A DNA stretch of 40,530 nucleotides from assembly GCA_000934665.2 (NCBI GenBank), contig JYFJ02003525.1, positions 1 to 40,530 of the forward strand, read 5' to 3'. The notes below the pieces were generated by a model that made no database searches, was not told the DNA's origin, and saw only the letters and a list, made by a program, of their open reading frames with translations. This document shows positions 37,100-40,530 of the stretch, piece after piece. The translations under genes and the position numbers were made by a program. Position 1 is the first letter of the stretch, and every line of letters begins with the position of its first letter. Origin of the DNA: Catajapyx aquilonaris (Eukaryota).

Positions 37100-38509
37100 G
37101 TCTATAGGATTCTGGTCTGTACAAATATAAGCAGCAAATTTATTCAAGCTAGCTTGCTAGTTGCTATACGACAGTACAGTTCGTACAGTATACTATAATG
37201 ACCAAAATTAATAAGTGCTTGAATCCTTTGGAGGGGTAAATAGGTACAGTTCACATCTGAATAAAAATCGTATAAAATAATGAGTCTTAGTTCACGTAAA
37301 TGACCATTTAAAGTAAAACTTCGGAGAATCATCAGAAAGTAAACCAATAAGGTAATTGTAATTAATTTATGTTGAAGTAGTCCGATACTGTGCTGTGGTT
37401 GCAAGTTACCCGAAGTTGTTACGCTAATATATAGGTACGTATGATACATATACTGTAACTTATAATGCAGAAACTCCAGGCACGTCAGTGGTATTAAGTT
37501 CATGTTGGTTAAGAATGTGATTAACTTATATTCAACCCCTGGGAACACAAGTTCTGTCTCCGGACCGGGCTAATAATTTACACTATAGAAATGTATGAGT
37601 TCAATGCAATAATGGTGAGATTTTCTTGGGTTGTGCTTAATCTAATAAGAGTATACGAAAATTACATACCTTCGATTTAATTTACTCATAATTTCCATAC
37701 TTCCTATATAGAGCTGTTATACAGCAAGTCAGTTGTCGCTTACATTATACAGGAACCTTCAGTAAAAAATTTTCAGGTGCCGTTTATTATCAGCATTTGG
37801 TTACGAGGATGGTTGCATATACTGTAGTATAATAATATGTTATTCACAGCAGGTCTCCTCTTTTTCCACCGCATCAGGATCGCGTTTGTTTTATTCGTTC
37901 AGTTGTGGGATCCGGCTCTGCAAACAAATTAGATTTGGGTTTTTGGGATTTGGGATTTAGGCGCTAAGACAACAATGGCCAATTCTGCGCCAGCGAATAG
38001 AGAGATCCGAACTTCTGCATCATCAGGGTTAGTTCCTGAAATGTATTCAGTTGCACTCATGTATAAGCAAGACTCTAAAATTATAGTCCTCAAACGGCGA
38101 TTATTTTCTGCCCCATTGTGAGCATGGATATTTTACATTACAGTACTTTGAAGGCAAAATGGCGTCAAATTACTTCATAATTATGTTTTTTGAACATACT
38201 TTTAAATTATTCTCAGATTGTTGACAATAACAGCAAGAGACATTTTCCTCTCTGTTTCCTACATTTTGTGTATGCAAGTCAGCTGGGAATGATCCCAATA
38301 AGCATTGCGTATAATTCAACACTGAGGACATAACCCAAAGCGGTATGTTTACGACACCGCTGTTGAAAGTAGCAAGTTAAAATAAACGATTCATTGGCAA
38401 AACTTCAACAATCTTTTATCGCCTAAGTCGTTCCTGGAATACGGGAGGGTATTTGGAAGGATTTGAATTCCTGGCTGGAGGAAACGGAGCGAAAGAAAAT
38501 GATCCCGCA

Positions 38510-40506
38510 TACATTTGGGCAAGATGGTGACGACCGGCGGCAGTCGCAATAATGAGGCATTGGAATGGCAAATAAGGTAGAAATAGTGGCCGTCTAGGGA
38601 GGAAAAGGAACGTCGGAGATGACGGTCGATATGTGTGTATGTGCTACAAAGGCATGCTATTTTTTTATACCCCAAATTTTTTTGTGCAGAGAAACTGCTA
38701 CTCTGTCGACATTTTTGTCACAGTTGGCGCCAAGCCGGTCATGAAATGCGAATTTTAGTGGGGATGTGGGGGGGGGGGGGTCCATGGAAATTGAATTTTG
38801 TCCTGAAAAGTTGGGGACGATTTTGTCCCCACAAAAGTGGGAATTTGATTTGAAATCTCAGGGGCTGACATGCCCATCATCGACAAACGTGTTGATTAAA
38901 ATTTCGACCCTTATGTGTGTCATTTTGTACGGATTAGCATGTAACGACATGAAAAAATGTGCTATTTCGTGTCATGACCCCGACGTGACCATGAGTCAAT
39001 GGAGGCAAATTAACTTCACAATTTTCGCAACGACTGATAGTGTGCGACACCTCCACGTGCATAAACCGAGGTGCTACGAAGATTTTAAGCCGGAAGCGCT
39101 TGTTGACATACCTGATTGGTCCATATGATGCTGTGAAAAGCTGTACATAGAAGTAGGATCTGATTGCAGGATATGAAAGGAGGTTCCCACACATTCAGGT
39201 GAGAGCCTGGGTTAATCCCCAGCTCAGCATGAATTCGCGTAGGACGTGACTAGAGGCGACCACAAGGGTTGGTAAAAGAACGTGAATCCCAAGGTACAGT
39301 AAGTTCCAATTAAGTCGGTTGTGTTGCTGCGGAGTTTACCACGGAGGAACGGTGGGTACTGTAAAACGTACATATCCATACGAACCATTTCCACAGGCTT
39401 TCTTTGGTTCTCTCTAAAATGGAGGACATTTTATTCTGGGGAATGGATAGCTGACGGCACTTTTTTTAAATGGCAGTAAAAAGGTTTGTCCCGTTTTGTC
39501 CACTGAAACTCAGACCATTTTTAGTCTCCTGATGAATGATGAGGTTGGGTATTTTTCTTGCCCGAAGCAGTAAGTGCCCATTTCTGCAGTGCTGTTATGA
39601 CATAATTAGATAGGATAGCATTAATGGAGTACCTTCGGCAAATGTTCCAGTTTTTCCATCTCCGCCCAGTAAAAGTAGTATTTCTGAACAGTTAACTCTA
39701 GTCATAAATTCTGTACAACAATTTTGGACTAGGAAGACTCGATATTTTGTGGGTGAAAAAAAGGGTCGACTAACCACATTTAGTCGGGACAACGTCTCCA
39801 GAGCCAATTGTCACTCTGTATATAGAGGTGTTTCAGCAGCGGGCGAAGAAAAGTTGGGCGTGTAATAGCATGAGACGGAAGAAGAGATAGAATCCCAGGA
39901 AAATGCCGATATCCTTTTTTTATTGGCAGAGTGCTTCCATCGATTTTCAAACGACCAAAATTAGATCGGATCGATATGTTGCGGGATCTAATATATATTT
40001 TTTTCCTTAAGAAAGAGGTTGAGTTGGGCCTGTCAGTAGCCTACTCTAAGAAGATTTCGACAACAACGTGGACCATATGGGAGAATCTGAGGCATAATAT
40101 TCGCAGGACAAACAAACAAATGTGTCAATGAATCTGAAAGCAGGATCTCCCGCAACATCTCGTGTTGTCCTGAGTTCATTCGAAAAACACATGCATCCAA
40201 AAGGGCGTTGTCCTGCAGAATCATCCACAATCCGCCGATTTAATGGGTGATAATTTTTTGAAAGGGTGGCATTAACGCGAGTTGCACCTCATGATTCACG
40301 CTTCCCTGCAGCATTAACTTCTCCAGCTCTCTCGGTGTGGTGTTTGGTTGGACCAAACCGACGCTTGGCGACGCGAACCTGCGGGGGTGCTCGTTAACAC
40401 TGTCGCACTCTCCATGTTTCTGTGATGAACATGCTGGCTTTGCCATGTTTGCTCGCAGGTAAATTAACCACGAGATGTATGGAGAAAGGGTTGCAAAACA
40501 GGACAT
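38510..40506 (-). pseudogene. Decayed DGAT2/MOGAT (DAGAT acyltransferase) relic(s), possibly two tandem copies
   Basis: From 39311 to about 39174 one frame reads NWNLLYLGIHVLLPTLVVASSHVLREFMLSWGLTQALT*MCGNLLS, aligning with the recalled DGAT2 segment WSKLFPGI...LLTL.......REY.L..GL.......C.NLL. Weaker colinear traces lie upstream and downstream, with stops and frameshifts throughout. Confidence 0.45.
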
Positions 40507-40530
40507 GGGGAATAAAAATTTGCGATTGTG

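Noticed and set aside
34300..37800. Short ORFs (60-134 aa) in the AT-rich distal region
   Set aside because: No recognisable domains, codon bias or consistent exon chain.
39195..39197. In-frame TGA as selenocysteine or readthrough
   Set aside because: Neighbouring segments carry further stops and frameshifts and no SECIS was seen; simple decay is more likely.
39280..39312. LELTVPWD as a non-LTR restriction-like endonuclease motif
   Set aside because: No upstream PD or downstream K..KY motif; another frame of the same bases fits DGAT2 over a much longer stretch.

Overview
Eukaryotic genomic DNA from an invertebrate, most likely an arthropod (it carries a divergent ionotropic receptor and an EcKL kinase). 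Six genes were reconstructed by hand from GT-AG splice sites and reading-frame phase. (1) Cytosolic Hsp90 (-, 3 exons, about 735 aa, ends MEEVD), with a 4-unit heat-shock element. (2) NECAP (+, 5 exons, about 259 aa, ends WVQF). (3) A compact TTC17-like TPR protein with a C-terminal membrane anchor (-, 4 exons, about 396 aa). (4) A divergent ionotropic receptor in one long ORF (+), whose apparent signal peptide is 1 nt out of frame. (5) A cytochrome b561 (+) with a tandemly duplicated, frame-incompatible exon pair, i.e. predicted mutually exclusive exons. (6) An ecdysteroid-kinase-like (EcKL) gene (+). Introns and intergenic DNA hold many MITEs (hAT, PIF/Harbinger-like, Tc1/mariner-like, long-TIR), a Helitron fragment and a decayed integrase trace. 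The last 2.2 kb contains what looks like one or two decayed DGAT2/MOGAT acyltransferase relics (-). The most interesting signal is the exon switch over the heme- and ascorbate-binding core of cytochrome b561. All family calls come from recalled motifs, not database searches.
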